Made by a program: the position numbers and the translations under genes
Shown here: one piece after another, positions 15,889 through 25,254 of the stretch
How the letters are laid out: each line of letters opens with the position of its first letter
Position numbering within the stretch: position 1 is the first letter of the stretch
The notes under the pieces: generated by a model
Database searches by the model: none
What the model was told of the DNA's origin: nothing
What the model saw: only the letters and a program-made list of their open reading frames with translations
DNA from: a virus
Taxonomy: Duplodnaviria; Caudoviricetes
Virus record (IMG/VR): IMGVR_UViG_3300033067_001398
Span: 1 to 33,822 of that record
Direction: 5' to 3' (one strand)
DNA length: 33,822 bases

Positions 15889-16833
15889 TTAGGTGAATTC
15901 GGTTCGGATGGCGTACTGCCACAAACCGTAGCCAACGTTGTAGCGGGCTTCGGACATCATCTTGGCTTCTTTGTCCTCGATCGAGTTGAGCCCCTTGGTT
16001 TCCGTCACCAATGGCTGACGCAATTGGAAGATGAACGGACGAATCGGGCCGCCGTTGTAGACCAAATGGAAAACGGCATCGCTTCCACCGCCAGCGGTTG
16101 ACAGTCGTTGAATCGGACGAACTTGGCCTTTGGCGATCATCACGTTGGTTACACCAGCGCCGCTATCGACCGTTACCAATTGATTCATCGCCTGGACAGC
16201 AACTTCCCACATCGCCGGAGGAACCAAGATTTGCAAATTGCCTGGATCCATCAATTCCGATTCAATGAAGAAATCCCCCTGATCGTCTTTGAAACTCAAC
16301 ATCTTAATCAGGGCGGCCGTAAATGCTGCGCGGAACTCAGCAACCGTCGGCGAAGTTCCAGTCGCAGCCGCGTAGGTTAAATCGTTGCTTTGACTTCCAC
16401 TGTCGCCGGTCGAATGGTCAGTATCGTAAAAATACTGCCCGTCGTAGCACGTTTGGGTGTGGCCGTTTGCGATCAACTCAAACAGCAATTGGTCTGGGTG
16501 GATACTGGCTTTTTGAGCCATGCGACGAACGATTGGCGAGTAAAGGCCGTATCGGTCGTCATCGATCGCGTGTCGGTCAATGCCGATCGATTGCTCCCAA
16601 GGCTTGTTAGTGATCGTGAAGGTACTCGATCGCAGCGATTGAAACACGCGAGTCCCGAGAAACTCTTTCATGCCCGGAACGGCTTCCAGCCAAACGTAGG
16701 ATTCGTCCAACGAATTGCTGCGAATCAGCATCGCCAGTTGTGGCCAAACCTGCGAATACTTGGCAAGCTCAGCCAAAAAGATCTTCGTGAATCCACGAAG
16801 AACGGCATTGTATTTTACGGTGTTAGTTGACAT
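15889..16833 (-). CDS. Major capsid protein, Mu gpT-like
   Basis: E.Y.WL..VP.MKEFLG.R, TITNK.WE..I.I.R..I.DD..G.Y, CYDGQYFYDTDH, PFIFQ.R and R.NVGYGLWQ.A motifs. Confidence 0.9.
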   Translation of the reverse strand: MSTNTVKYNAVLRGFTKIFLAELAKYSQVWPQLAMLIRSNSLDESYVWLEAVPGMKEFLGTRVFQSLRSSTFTITNKPWEQSIGIDRHAIDDDRYGLYSPIVRRMAQKASIHPDQLLFELIANGHTQTCYDGQYFYDTDHSTGDSGSQSNDLTYAAATGTSPTVAEFRAAFTAALIKMLSFKDDQGDFFIESELMDPGNLQILVPPAMWEVAVQAMNQLVTVDSGAGVTNVMIAKGQVRPIQRLSTAGGGSDAVFHLVYNGGPIRPFIFQLRQPLVTETKGLNSIEDKEAKMMSEARYNVGYGLWQYAIRTEFT

Positions 16834-16896
16834 TGACTAATAAACTCCGGTTTCCAAAACTGATTGAATGGGAACGACTAACAATTGCGGCGGTTA

Positions 16897-17715
16897 CTAG
16901 CCGTCAATGATTTCGTAGGTCAACAAGACATCAACATGAGTTGCCGTCGCGAGGCTGGAACCAGTCTTGCCAACGGTAATTGCCGTATTGGTATCGCAGG
17001 CGACAAACGACGCGCCATCGGCCAAGATCAAACCGTTGGTCGCGGTACCCGCTCGCAACAGAACGCTTTGGTTCAATCCGGCGACTCGACCGTCCATCAA
17101 CTTAACGCTGGATGCCGATTGAGTTCCCAAAATGTCGATGCTGGTTGCAGTCGCAGCGTTTCCGCCAATTGCGATCAACGCCATATCGTGCATTCGATAT
17201 TTTTTGCCTGGCAACGCTGGCAACGCAGTCACGCCCGCATTGACTTCCGCGGTGGTGAATCGTCCACGGAACACTTTGGCTTGGCTGCCAAACGTTTCCG
17301 AAAGAGACGAATGGACTTCCAACGCAATGACCGGGCGGCCTTTGTCGTCGACATCTTTCAGCGTTCCAACCTTGACGCCGCCCGAACTGGCGGTTGTCAG
17401 CGTGAAATTGTCAGTCGCATAAATTGGAGATTCAACGTCGGCGATCGTCAGCGAATGGGAAATACCCGTTGGAGTCCAATACCCCTCGGTGTATGTTTCG
17501 CATTTGACATCGCCGGCCGAACCACTGGCGTTGTCAGTGTAGAGGTTCACGATACCCATAAAAGGGTTTGCGCCGGAAGCCACAACGTCAGTTGCGTAAC
17601 CGGCTGCCGAGAAAGCCATCGTTCCTTCGTAAAGGGTTTTTGCGGCCGCCACTTTGCGCCGAGTCCGCACACAGTTTCCGCCAAATGCGGCGAGTTGATT
17701 GGCAGTTGTTGCCAT
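16897..17715 (-). CDS. Capsid decoration/cement protein with additional C-terminal domain
   Basis: VAAA.TLYEG..., F.GI, G.AGD..C, ADV...IYATD.FT.T pattern of DUF2190-like cement proteins upstream of Mu-like capsids; 272 aa. Confidence 0.65.
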   Translation of the reverse strand: MATTANQLAAFGGNCVRTRRKVAAAKTLYEGTMAFSAAGYATDVVASGANPFMGIVNLYTDNASGSAGDVKCETYTEGYWTPTGISHSLTIADVESPIYATDNFTLTTASSGGVKVGTLKDVDDKGRPVIALEVHSSLSETFGSQAKVFRGRFTTAEVNAGVTALPALPGKKYRMHDMALIAIGGNAATATSIDILGTQSASSVKLMDGRVAGLNQSVLLRAGTATNGLILADGASFVACDTNTAITVGKTGSSLATATHVDVLLTYEIIDG

Positions 17716-17782
17716 TGTTTAGTTCTCCAAACGATTAAGCGAAAATATGAATCAGCACAAAACGACGCGGGCTAGGTGAAAA

Positions 17783-19063
17783 CTATTCTTCGTCCAAATC
17801 AGCCAAAGTTCCGATGAAGCCTTCGGGGATCTGGCGGGCGCTGGCCAGCTGCTTTTTGGCATCCGGCTTGCGGCAGTAGACCGATTTCGGCAAACCCATC
17901 TTGAGGTAGACATCCTTGTTTTCTTCCCATTCTTTGCCGAGTTTTTCTTCCTCGGAAAGTTCGGCCGGTTTGGTAGGCTCGGTCACTGGCGCTCCCCCTG
18001 GCAACGCTCGTTCTTTTGCCGACAACTGCAACAGTTGATCCTTGACGGCATCGATTGGCGTTTTGCTTGACAAGAAACCCTGGATCAATTCGGGGTGGTT
18101 TTGCAGCTGACAAAGCGAAGCAACCTTCGTTGCGTAGTCGCCTTCGTCTTGCGTCTTTGGTTCTTCGGTTTTCTTGCTGCCCTCGATAAGCTTGGTCAGC
18201 AATTCACTTTGCTTGTTGAGCGCCTCGACAACTGGCGATAGGTCGAGCCCATTGGCTTCGAGCAGTTGGCCTTGGATTGGCTTTTGTTCCTCAGTTGGTT
18301 TTGCGGGAGCTGCCGTTGACATTGTTTCATCTTCTCCAAAAAAGTTCAGAACAATTTTGTTCTTGAAATCACCCAGCCGTTGATCGAGAACATCGCGACT
18401 TACACTTTCGCCGAAAAACTGCCGCACAAGGTCAACTCCCTTGCGAACGAACTGATCGTTTTCGCTCAGTTGTTCCATTGACAGAAAATCATTGACCGCA
18501 TCGCCAGTATCAACAACGTCAATTGCAAACAGTGTTGTCGGTTTCCATACTGGCGGAAGTGATTCGCCGCTCTCGTCGCGCTGGAGTGTTCCATCTGGAT
18601 TTCTCCGGTATTCTTTGATGGTATCTAGGACTAAAGAACTTGAAAGAGCGCCCGGGTCATTATTGGCAAGTTCCATCACGTATTGGCCTAGCGATATCCC
18701 GCCGCCTTGAACTTGCACCTTGAATGCGGTTTCCTCCAAATAGAAGTCGCTTCGCACTTTATTGCCGTCCAGGCGGAAGTTGCGATCGCGGCCAAGATGC
18801 TTTCCGAGCCCGTCATCGGACATACTTGGATGTTTGAATCGACTACGCAAACCCTTTTTGGATTGGTTGCCGAGTTCTACGATTTTTTCAAGCGATTCCA
18901 TGTTGAATTCGCCGCGGCCCTTGCTCTTGAACGGGCCAAGCTCTGCGACAACTCGACCTCGAATTAAGCGTTTCGCGAAATCGACGCCAATTTTTTCATC
19001 GCCGTTCATCTGTAAAGATTCAACGCCACGTGGCGCAATCGCTGGATTTGCTTTTTTCAACAT
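17783..19063 (-). CDS. Prohead maturation protease plus scaffolding domain
   Basis: RSRFKHP...GLG..LGR (His), LSSSLV (Ser), AIDVVD.GDA motifs; charged helical C-terminal half; upstream of decoration and capsid. Confidence 0.7.
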   Translation of the reverse strand: MLKKANPAIAPRGVESLQMNGDEKIGVDFAKRLIRGRVVAELGPFKSKGRGEFNMESLEKIVELGNQSKKGLRSRFKHPSMSDDGLGKHLGRDRNFRLDGNKVRSDFYLEETAFKVQVQGGGISLGQYVMELANNDPGALSSSLVLDTIKEYRRNPDGTLQRDESGESLPPVWKPTTLFAIDVVDTGDAVNDFLSMEQLSENDQFVRKGVDLVRQFFGESVSRDVLDQRLGDFKNKIVLNFFGEDETMSTAAPAKPTEEQKPIQGQLLEANGLDLSPVVEALNKQSELLTKLIEGSKKTEEPKTQDEGDYATKVASLCQLQNHPELIQGFLSSKTPIDAVKDQLLQLSAKERALPGGAPVTEPTKPAELSEEEKLGKEWEENKDVYLKMGLPKSVYCRKPDAKKQLASARQIPEGFIGTLADLDEE

Positions 19064-19067
19064 TGAA

Positions 19068-19388
19068 TTACTCCACGGTTACATTGATTTCAGGTGATTC
19101 AGTTATGGTTAATGTGATTGCGCTTCCAGTGGTCCCCGCAACCTGAGCGCTTGAAGCATCGCCACCGCTGACGGCTACATAGTCATCCCAACTTGCTGGT
19201 TGCGTTGCACCGCTGAACACATACCAAGGTCCATAACTATCAACAGTCCCTTGATACCGTCCAATGTTTGCTGCGATGCCCTCCACAAGCTGAACCCGAT
19301 AGGTAGTCCAACTTTCCAAACTTTGCGATGCTGGAAACGCATAATATGTGCCACCAGTTGCCGCAATGTGTTGTAATGTCAAACTCAT
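19068..19388 (-). CDS. Hypothetical virion protein
   Basis: 106 aa, ATGA overlap. Confidence 0.65.
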   Translation of the reverse strand: MSLTLQHIAATGGTYYAFPASQSLESWTTYRVQLVEGIAANIGRYQGTVDSYGPWYVFSGATQPASWDDYVAVSGGDASSAQVAGTTGSAITLTITESPEINVTVE

Positions 19389-19609
19389 AATTTCACCCGC
19401 TTTTGTTCTTCATCAAAACACCACTGGCAATGAGTCATTGTTTCGGTTCGCCACCACGCGAGCGGTGTCCATCGATCAATCACTTGCTGGACAATGAACC
19501 AAACAGCCTGCCGCCGCAACCGCCAAGCCCGGGCACAAAACATTTCGTAAGGGGAACCCCAACAAACGAGATTCAGCCCATGTGATAACCAAATCAATAC
19601 GCTACTCAC
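19385..19609 (-). CDS. Conserved small phage protein (N...GxPxE..(S/C)ARAWR...ID....HC type)
   Basis: Motif resembles a widespread small phage protein found near fibre genes. Confidence 0.6.
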   Translation of the reverse strand: MSSVLIWLSHGLNLVCWGSPYEMFCARAWRLRRQAVWFIVQQVIDRWTPLAWWRTETMTHCQWCFDEEQKRVKL

Positions 19610-19979
19610 CGCCGCCCTCGCCGCCTTGGTCCGGTGGGGGTGGAATTTGTCGCCCCCATGCGTCGTACCCGTCTGGTGGTGGGGCCAGTGTAACCGTTCC
19701 GTCTTGGTTGAACGTCAATCCACGCCGCGGCATGTATTGCGATTCGCTCATGATGTTCGGGTCGATGGTTAACAGTAGTTGGACCAGCGCCCAACTCGAT
19801 GCCATGATTGCCCCGGCTCGGTTGCCCATCTGGGCGACAACTTCATCCGGAGTCAACTGATCTTCCCACACACGGCGAAATCCTTCCCGGTGCGTTTTAA
19901 CCAATTCCCGCGCCGACTTCTCGATGCCCGCAAGAATCTCGTCGACGACTTTTTCAGCGCGTGTTTTTAGTAGTGCCAT
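19602..19979 (-). CDS. Hypothetical protein (fibre-associated chaperone-like)
   Basis: 125 aa; follows the beta-helix protein. Confidence 0.65.
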   Translation of the reverse strand: MALLKTRAEKVVDEILAGIEKSARELVKTHREGFRRVWEDQLTPDEVVAQMGNRAGAIMASSWALVQLLLTIDPNIMSESQYMPRRGLTFNQDGTVTLAPPPDGYDAWGRQIPPPPDQGGEGGGE

Positions 19980-19983
19980 TTGT

Positions 19984-21084
19984 CTACCCTATGAATGATG
20001 TGATTCGTTTGCCGCCACTTGAGGCCGATTGTGCCTGAATTGCCCCGATATCGGTGAAGTTCAACGGCCCTGCAATTCCGATTCTTGGTGGTATCCCCAA
20101 AGATTTTACTTCGCTCGTTGGCGTGAAGTCGCCTGACCCTGCATTGACAAACGGCGAGGCACTGCAAGTAATCGCGTTAAATTGTTCGTCGATGTTTTCT
20201 AATTGGGCTGTGGTTATGTCCCAATAAGCGTTGTTAGTAACAAGCGTGCTTGAGTCGGTGTCCGCGTGGCTGACCGCATAAGTCGCGACGTCGGAGAAAA
20301 TGTTATTCGCGACCGCCACTCCGCGAACGCCGGTAGTTATTCGAATACCAGGGCCGCCTGTTGAGTGGAATGTGTTACCCTCGATTGCAACCGCCCCGAC
20401 CGTCAAATTAATCCCTTGAGCCGAGCACCCTGTTATGATGTTCCCTCGGAACGTACAAGTTGAGGCGATCGAAGCGCCGATATTCCCGCCGGAAATATAG
20501 TTTGAAAATACTAATGGCAAAGCCGCCGAAGAAACCAATTCAAAGCAAGCCGTTGCGGTTGTTGTGGCAAAAAAGGAATTGCAAAAGACCATCGTCCGAT
20601 CCGAAGTATTAGCCAACGATATCGCGTGCCCGTCGATATCTGCGGCCTCCCCGGTAACGTGATTGTGAAAACACCGACCATCGGCCCCCGTCCAATTGAT
20701 CGCCGCGGATAGCGACGCGGTATTGTCCGCCGTTAGTCGGATATTGCTAATCCAATTAAAGGCCCCCGAAACCGTTAGGAAAACTGAGGCCCCTGTCATA
20801 TCGAACCACGGAAAAAGCGTGTGATCCGTTTCGGTGTCTAAGTCGCCAATGGTCGAACTAAATCCCCGCCACCAGATCGGGGTAGTCGACGTGCCCGCAA
20901 CCGCGAATGTTATCGCGCTGGAAAGTGCATAAGTGCCCGACTTAACGTTAACCCGCTGGCCCGCTGCAACATTGGCGATCGCTTCGGCGAGCGTCCATGC
21001 GCCATTGGCCCCGCTGTTAGTGTTGGTTGTGCCGTCGCCACCACCGGCCGCATCGGTCCTCACATATCGTTCAGTCCACGCCAT
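19984..21084 (-). CDS. Right-handed parallel beta-helix protein (pectin lyase-like; spike/depolymerase candidate)
   Basis: YV...A.G.GDGT...GAWTL.EA...V.AG..V.VKSGTY start, repeated xxN.I/F rungs, C-terminal 'PFVNA..GDF' and 'DIGAIQ'. Confidence 0.75.
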   Translation of the reverse strand: MAWTERYVRTDAAGGGDGTTNTNSGANGAWTLAEAIANVAAGQRVNVKSGTYALSSAITFAVAGTSTTPIWWRGFSSTIGDLDTETDHTLFPWFDMTGASVFLTVSGAFNWISNIRLTADNTASLSAAINWTGADGRCFHNHVTGEAADIDGHAISLANTSDRTMVFCNSFFATTTATACFELVSSAALPLVFSNYISGGNIGASIASTCTFRGNIITGCSAQGINLTVGAVAIEGNTFHSTGGPGIRITTGVRGVAVANNIFSDVATYAVSHADTDSSTLVTNNAYWDITTAQLENIDEQFNAITCSASPFVNAGSGDFTPTSEVKSLGIPPRIGIAGPLNFTDIGAIQAQSASSGGKRITSFIG

Positions 21085-21085
21085 T

Positions 21086-22435
21086 CTATTCCTCCACCAA
21101 AAGCGTGAAGCGAACAAACGTGGCACCGCTGGCCGCTCGAAGATTGAAAATCAACGTGTCGCCAATGGCCAGTGCGGTGTCAGTGAAACCCGTGACAGTT
21201 CCAGTCGCTTGGCCGTCGCCAGTAGGGTAGGCTGTCCCGCAAATCGAATCTAGCAGCACTGGGGTGTCGCCTGCGCCAGCTTTCCAAATATCAATTTCCA
21301 CGTCGCCGGTATTGCCTTCCGTTACCAATATCCAACTGGTCATCGTTCCAGCAAAATGCGATCGCAAAACTTTGCTTGCGTCGTCGTCGGCCAGCGCTGA
21401 TCCGCCGCCATCAAACTCGGTTTGGATTGTGTGGACGATAGTTTGATCGCCTGTATTGGTTCCGCTGGAAGTGCCGCTGATTGTGGCGTCCCCGGCGATG
21501 ATTAGTGTTCGATTGGCATCGTTGACGCGGACGTTTAGATTTCGGTGAGCGCTTAAGTTTTCATCGACATCAACGACCAGCCGGTGATCGTTGGCATTGT
21601 CCAGCCAGTATTGTGATCGGCTCGACACGATACCGTTGACGGTTATCGATGCCACGCCGGTTATGTCCCCTGTGTCGTTGACGATTATCAGGCTGCCCTG
21701 CACAGCGCCCGCTGTGCCATCTGCCCTCACGATCGCGTTGTCGGTCATCGCGGGGTTGCTGGCCTGCTTGCCGTCCAACGCTGTTTGTAGACTGGTCACG
21801 TCTGCGATTGCGTGCGTGTGGCTCGCAGCTGCGGCACCGACGTCGCCATGACCGAGAACAACAGTGCCGGTCTGACCGTTAACCGATGTGACCGGCGATG
21901 CTGGGTATTCCAGTTCAGTCCAGTTGGCGATCAGTGATGGATCAGATCCGGTGATGATCCAAACCGTTCCAGTGTCGTTACGTTTGCACCAGTCGCCTTT
22001 CTGACCGGATAGCAGCAACATTTCTACTTGGTCAGCTGCTTCGCCAAGATACTCGGTGATCGCGATCGCTGGGATCTGGGCTGTCGGGATGACGCCGCCG
22101 ACCAGATCGGCCTTGTCGTCGAGTAGATTGTCAATCTCGGTTTCGGTGTAGTAGCGGCTGTCATGGTTATGACTGGCAGCTGCATAAACAGACGACAGAT
22201 CAGGAATGTCGGCAGCCACCAGCGCTCGGAAAGTCGGTGCCGCGTCAGCTCCCGTTGCCGGTCCAGCCCAAACGCGGTTAGCCGATTGATTGGCCACCGA
22301 AACCGCCAGCGTGCCGCTCGTTGTAATTGGCGATCCAGAAACCGAAAAGATATTTGGCACCGTCAACGCAACGCTGGTAACAGTGCCTGATCCGCTTCCG
22401 CCAACGGTTTTCAATTTAGTTGTGATTGTTGGCAT
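21086..22435 (-). CDS. Fibre protein (head/collar/tail fibre)
   Basis: GTVTSV, SGSPITTSGTLA, HNHDSRYYTETEID, VTSVNGQTG, HTHAIADVTSLQTALDGK and SGTNTGDQ fibre repeats. Confidence 0.75.
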   Translation of the reverse strand: MPTITTKLKTVGGSGSGTVTSVALTVPNIFSVSGSPITTSGTLAVSVANQSANRVWAGPATGADAAPTFRALVAADIPDLSSVYAAASHNHDSRYYTETEIDNLLDDKADLVGGVIPTAQIPAIAITEYLGEAADQVEMLLLSGQKGDWCKRNDTGTVWIITGSDPSLIANWTELEYPASPVTSVNGQTGTVVLGHGDVGAAAASHTHAIADVTSLQTALDGKQASNPAMTDNAIVRADGTAGAVQGSLIIVNDTGDITGVASITVNGIVSSRSQYWLDNANDHRLVVDVDENLSAHRNLNVRVNDANRTLIIAGDATISGTSSGTNTGDQTIVHTIQTEFDGGGSALADDDASKVLRSHFAGTMTSWILVTEGNTGDVEIDIWKAGAGDTPVLLDSICGTAYPTGDGQATGTVTGFTDTALAIGDTLIFNLRAASGATFVRFTLLVEE

Positions 22436-23239
22436 TTATTTTGATCCCAACATTGAAAACTGTAACATTGGAAGAACACCCGCGGAACGCAATAAATCCA
22501 GCCTTGCGTTCAACAACTCAGAATCAGCGTAATCGCCGGACCTCAGCAAAACGCCAATCTGTTGCTTGTACCACGTGGCCTGATTGGCAATGTTTGGGAA
22601 CCGTGATAACGCATTTTTCAGAACGTGCCGCCCTTGAAACGATTCGTTCGTAACAAACATGGGAAACTGGTTGTGCAGCGGTGAATTAAACTCCGTCGTC
22701 GCCTCAATCCAAACTTCACGGCCATGCGTTTGCAGTAGCGATTGCAACCCGCGAACATGGTGCAACTCGTACACCGGCAAATCGACCTTCCCCATATTGT
22801 CGATACCGACGGAACATCCCGACTCGATAATTGGTTGCAGGTTGTACCACCATTGGTATTGCCAGTTGTCAACGCCTTTTGCTTCTGGTGTGTTGACCGC
22901 CTGTATCATCCTCTGCGAATTGTGAGGCGCTCCAATGTAGACAACCACCGACTGAGCCACGGAAACCAACCTGCCGATATTGACGTTGAACGATTCAACC
23001 AGTGCTTTTGTCGCCGCCAACCGTTGACAGTTGAAATACTGATCGAATTCCATCAAGCCTTCTTTGGTTGTCCGTCCAAACGGGTTATGGATTAGAACTA
23101 TCCGCCCTTCACAAAGCGGAATGAGCCGGTCGATAACGCCAGCCCAACCCGATGGAATACTCCACGACAACCCACGCGGGTTATCGATGGAGTAAGGCCC
23201 ACCGTTGCAGTTGATCCAAACGCCATAATCTTGAGGCAT
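22436..23239 (-). CDS. Hypothetical alpha/beta protein (possible TIM-barrel hydrolase)
   Basis: 267 aa; alternating short beta strands (IVLIHNPFG, VVVYIG, VGIDN, VWIE) and helices. Confidence 0.6.
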   Translation of the reverse strand: MPQDYGVWINCNGGPYSIDNPRGLSWSIPSGWAGVIDRLIPLCEGRIVLIHNPFGRTTKEGLMEFDQYFNCQRLAATKALVESFNVNIGRLVSVAQSVVVYIGAPHNSQRMIQAVNTPEAKGVDNWQYQWWYNLQPIIESGCSVGIDNMGKVDLPVYELHHVRGLQSLLQTHGREVWIEATTEFNSPLHNQFPMFVTNESFQGRHVLKNALSRFPNIANQATWYKQQIGVLLRSGDYADSELLNARLDLLRSAGVLPMLQFSMLGSK

Positions 23240-23599
23240 CTAACAAGCCTTTACTGTGAGCGGACCCGATAGAAACGTTCGCTTGTCTGTTTCGCCTGCG
23301 TTATCCCACGAAATACAGAATCGGTGGTCCCCAACCCCAATTTGAGTTGATATTGATTTTGATATTTTGAACTTGAAAATTCCGGCTGTTAACTCGCCGC
23401 TATTCCCTGCGTTCGAATGCTCAAATTCAACTTCGTCCCCGTTATCTTTTGGGTGGATTACCAACTCCCAAACTTTTGAACTCAAATCAATTGGATCTGA
23501 ATTACTGTCAGTTACGGTAAGTGTTCGCGCATAGTCATTTCCGATCGTCATAACAATAGCAAGACTAGCTGGCAACTGTCTGTCAAATTGTGTTGGCAT
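23240..23599 (-). CDS. BppU-N-like Ig-fold virion adaptor protein
   Basis: G.D....LTVTD....PIDLS...; G.F...I....S; LSG.L.V pattern. Confidence 0.6.
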   Translation of the reverse strand: MPTQFDRQLPASLAIVMTIGNDYARTLTVTDSNSDPIDLSSKVWELVIHPKDNGDEVEFEHSNAGNSGELTAGIFKFKISKSISTQIGVGDHRFCISWDNAGETDKRTFLSGPLTVKAC

Positions 23600-23884
23600 C
23601 TAGTAACCCCTACTGTTGTACAACCTGGCCGTTCCAAGCGTTATTTTGTCGGTGATTACAACACTGTACTCACGCATCTCAACTGGTTGCGGGCGATCTT
23701 CGTCTGGCTTAAATCGTCTCTGAGCCCGCAGCTCGGCCGCTTTGGCGTAGATTTCCTCGACAGTTGGTTCGTAAACGCCTCCCTCTTTTGACCTGGCCAA
23801 ACACTGCTTGCAGCATCGATACGTTGACGGCATCGATTCTTGCTGGCAAATCGGGCATGTTTTGTAGGAGGCGATTACGCTCAT
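23600..23884 (-). CDS. Small Zn-finger protein with EPTxEEI..AAELR motif
   Basis: CPIC...CCKQC; start MSVIAS via ATGA overlap. Confidence 0.65.
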   Translation of the reverse strand: MSVIASYKTCPICQQESMPSTYRCCKQCLARSKEGGVYEPTVEEIYAKAAELRAQRRFKPDEDRPQPVEMREYSVVITDKITLGTARLYNSRGY

Positions 23885-24159
23885 GTTTTGAACCTTGCCA
23901 GTGCGGCAGCGTTTTCCCGAAGTGCTGAAGTGTTGTCGCGAATGACATCGGTGCAATTCGAGACAACCGTTTTTAGTTCGTCTCGGTGTTCCTTATTGAT
24001 GGCGATGAACGTTTCCGTTGTTTGCGTGTCTTTCTTGTCCATCCGGTTTAGAAAGATAATCGCGATAATAATAACTGCGACCGCTGGTGGGCTCGCTCCC
24101 AACAATCCAATCAATGCCTGCCACATAGGATCACCACCATCAGCAAGTAAACAAAACAT
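23881..24159 (-). CDS. Single-TM plus coiled-coil membrane protein (BhlA/UviB-like holin candidate)
   Basis: Hydrophobic AVAVIIIAIIFL then an amphipathic heptad region. Confidence 0.6.
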   Translation of the reverse strand: MFCLLADGGDPMWQALIGLLGASPPAVAVIIIAIIFLNRMDKKDTQTTETFIAINKEHRDELKTVVSNCTDVIRDNTSALRENAAALARFKT

Positions 24160-24347
24160 TACCCGGCACCTCCACCACTTGAATTACAACCGCGATCTTG
24201 AAGCGCTTGTTGCGTTCCAGCAATTGTCGCGTCAAGAATTTGTTTTTGAGCCAACAAGTCAGCGAGCAGCGTCCGCAGGAACGGACACATCGGATCTTCC
24301 GGCGTTGCCAACGGAAATGAATCGCTCGGTGTTTTGTCTGATTTCAT
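24159..24347 (-). CDS. Small hypothetical protein (MKSDKT..., 62 aa)
   Basis: RBS GGAAAGG; TAATG coupling to the next gene. Confidence 0.5.
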   Translation of the reverse strand: MKSDKTPSDSFPLATPEDPMCPFLRTLLADLLAQKQILDATIAGTQQALQDRGCNSSGGGAG

Positions 24348-24470
24348 CTGACAGTACCTTTCCTGGGTTAGCGTTGAGTCCCATCCAGCCACCAAGCAAA
24401 AACGATGCCATAGAAACCGAGGCCCACCGCATCGCAACACAGGCCCGATTCAAGTCAACTACCGAAATCC

Positions 24471-24614
24471 TTAAAAGCACCGAGCTAAAAAATCGACTAC
24501 CCATCGCGCTAAAGTTAGGATTATCAATAGGTGAATTAGAAAACGTTCGAGGGCGTTCCATTTATTTTTTCGACTTGCTTTTTCGGTCACGGTTTCTTTG
24601 TCCGTGGCCAGCAT
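24471..24614 (-). CDS. Small membrane peptide (MLATDK..., 47 aa)
   Basis: RBS GGGAGG; hydrophobic FLIHLLIILTLA segment. Confidence 0.4.
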   Translation of the reverse strand: MLATDKETVTEKASRKNKWNALERFLIHLLIILTLARWVVDFLARCF

Positions 24615-24659
24615 CGAACCTCCCGCTAAACCACATACCTCTTGGCAAGTATCAATCAC

Positions 24660-24692
24660 AAAAAGCGGGGGCGCTTACAGGTACGCCCCCGC
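24660..24692 (-). terminator. Rho-independent terminator
   Basis: GCGGGGGCG/CGCCCCCGC 9-bp stem followed by TTTTT on the minus strand. Confidence 0.65.
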
Positions 24693-24717
24693 CCCGTCTC
24701 GTCCCTCTGCAAAGAGG

Positions 24718-25221
24718 CTACCTAGAAAGTCGCATTGCTCGTCGTTGGTGGAAGGCTGCCATTCGGTTTCGAACTCGCTGCAGCGGTCGAAACTGCCGAT
24801 CCGCCATTACCGCACTCGTCCGATAGGCTACCGACTCAACAACGGTTTCCATCGCATAGACTGGCGCGGCCACAATTGTTTGAACGACATCAACTGATTT
24901 ACTGGCAACAGCCATCGCCGGTTGAATTGCCCGCCTAACCAGCCTGCGAACCGGTTGCTGGAAGCACTGCCCACCGATGCAAGTCTGTTGGTATTCTGTC
25001 ACCCAAACATCCTCATACGCTGGGGTTGGCTCTGGATCCTGAACCGTGATCGTTTCTTCTTTAATGTTGGCCAAGAACGACGGTTCGCTATTCAAGCTTT
25101 CGGGTCGATCGACCACCGAGGCCAGTCCGGAAACATCAACAATTGGATTCATTTCGTTGGCGAGCATGGCACCGCAGCTGGCCAGCAGAAACAAACCGGC
25201 GACAAAAATGTTTTTAACCAC
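24718..25221 (-). CDS. Exported protein/lipoprotein with CIGGQC motif and Arg-rich tail
   Basis: Signal peptide with possible lipobox LASC; CxGGxC followed by PVRR, a Planctomycete-type motif. Confidence 0.65.
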   Translation of the reverse strand: MVKNIFVAGLFLLASCGAMLANEMNPIVDVSGLASVVDRPESLNSEPSFLANIKEETITVQDPEPTPAYEDVWVTEYQQTCIGGQCFQQPVRRLVRRAIQPAMAVASKSVDVVQTIVAAPVYAMETVVESVAYRTSAVMADRQFRPLQRVRNRMAAFHQRRAMRLSR

Positions 25222-25254
25222 TTTGATACTCCTTCAAAAAAACTAATTGATTTT

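Noticed and set aside
15889-16833. Transposable Mu-like phage
   Set aside because: Only the head genes are Mu-like; terminase, portal and initiator are lambdoid and no transposase is seen
16885-17775. 296 aa plus-strand ORF
   Set aside because: Mirrors the decoration gene on the opposite strand; Arg/Cys-rich shadow composition
24259-24561. 100 aa minus-strand ORF (MERPRT...) as a nested spanin-like gene
   Set aside because: No clear RBS, and it overlaps two shorter ORFs with good RBSs; a shorter MRWASV start cannot be fully excluded
23840-24826. 328 aa plus-strand ORF
   Set aside because: Antisense shadow across several coupled minus-strand genes and a terminator; no RBS or recognisable motif
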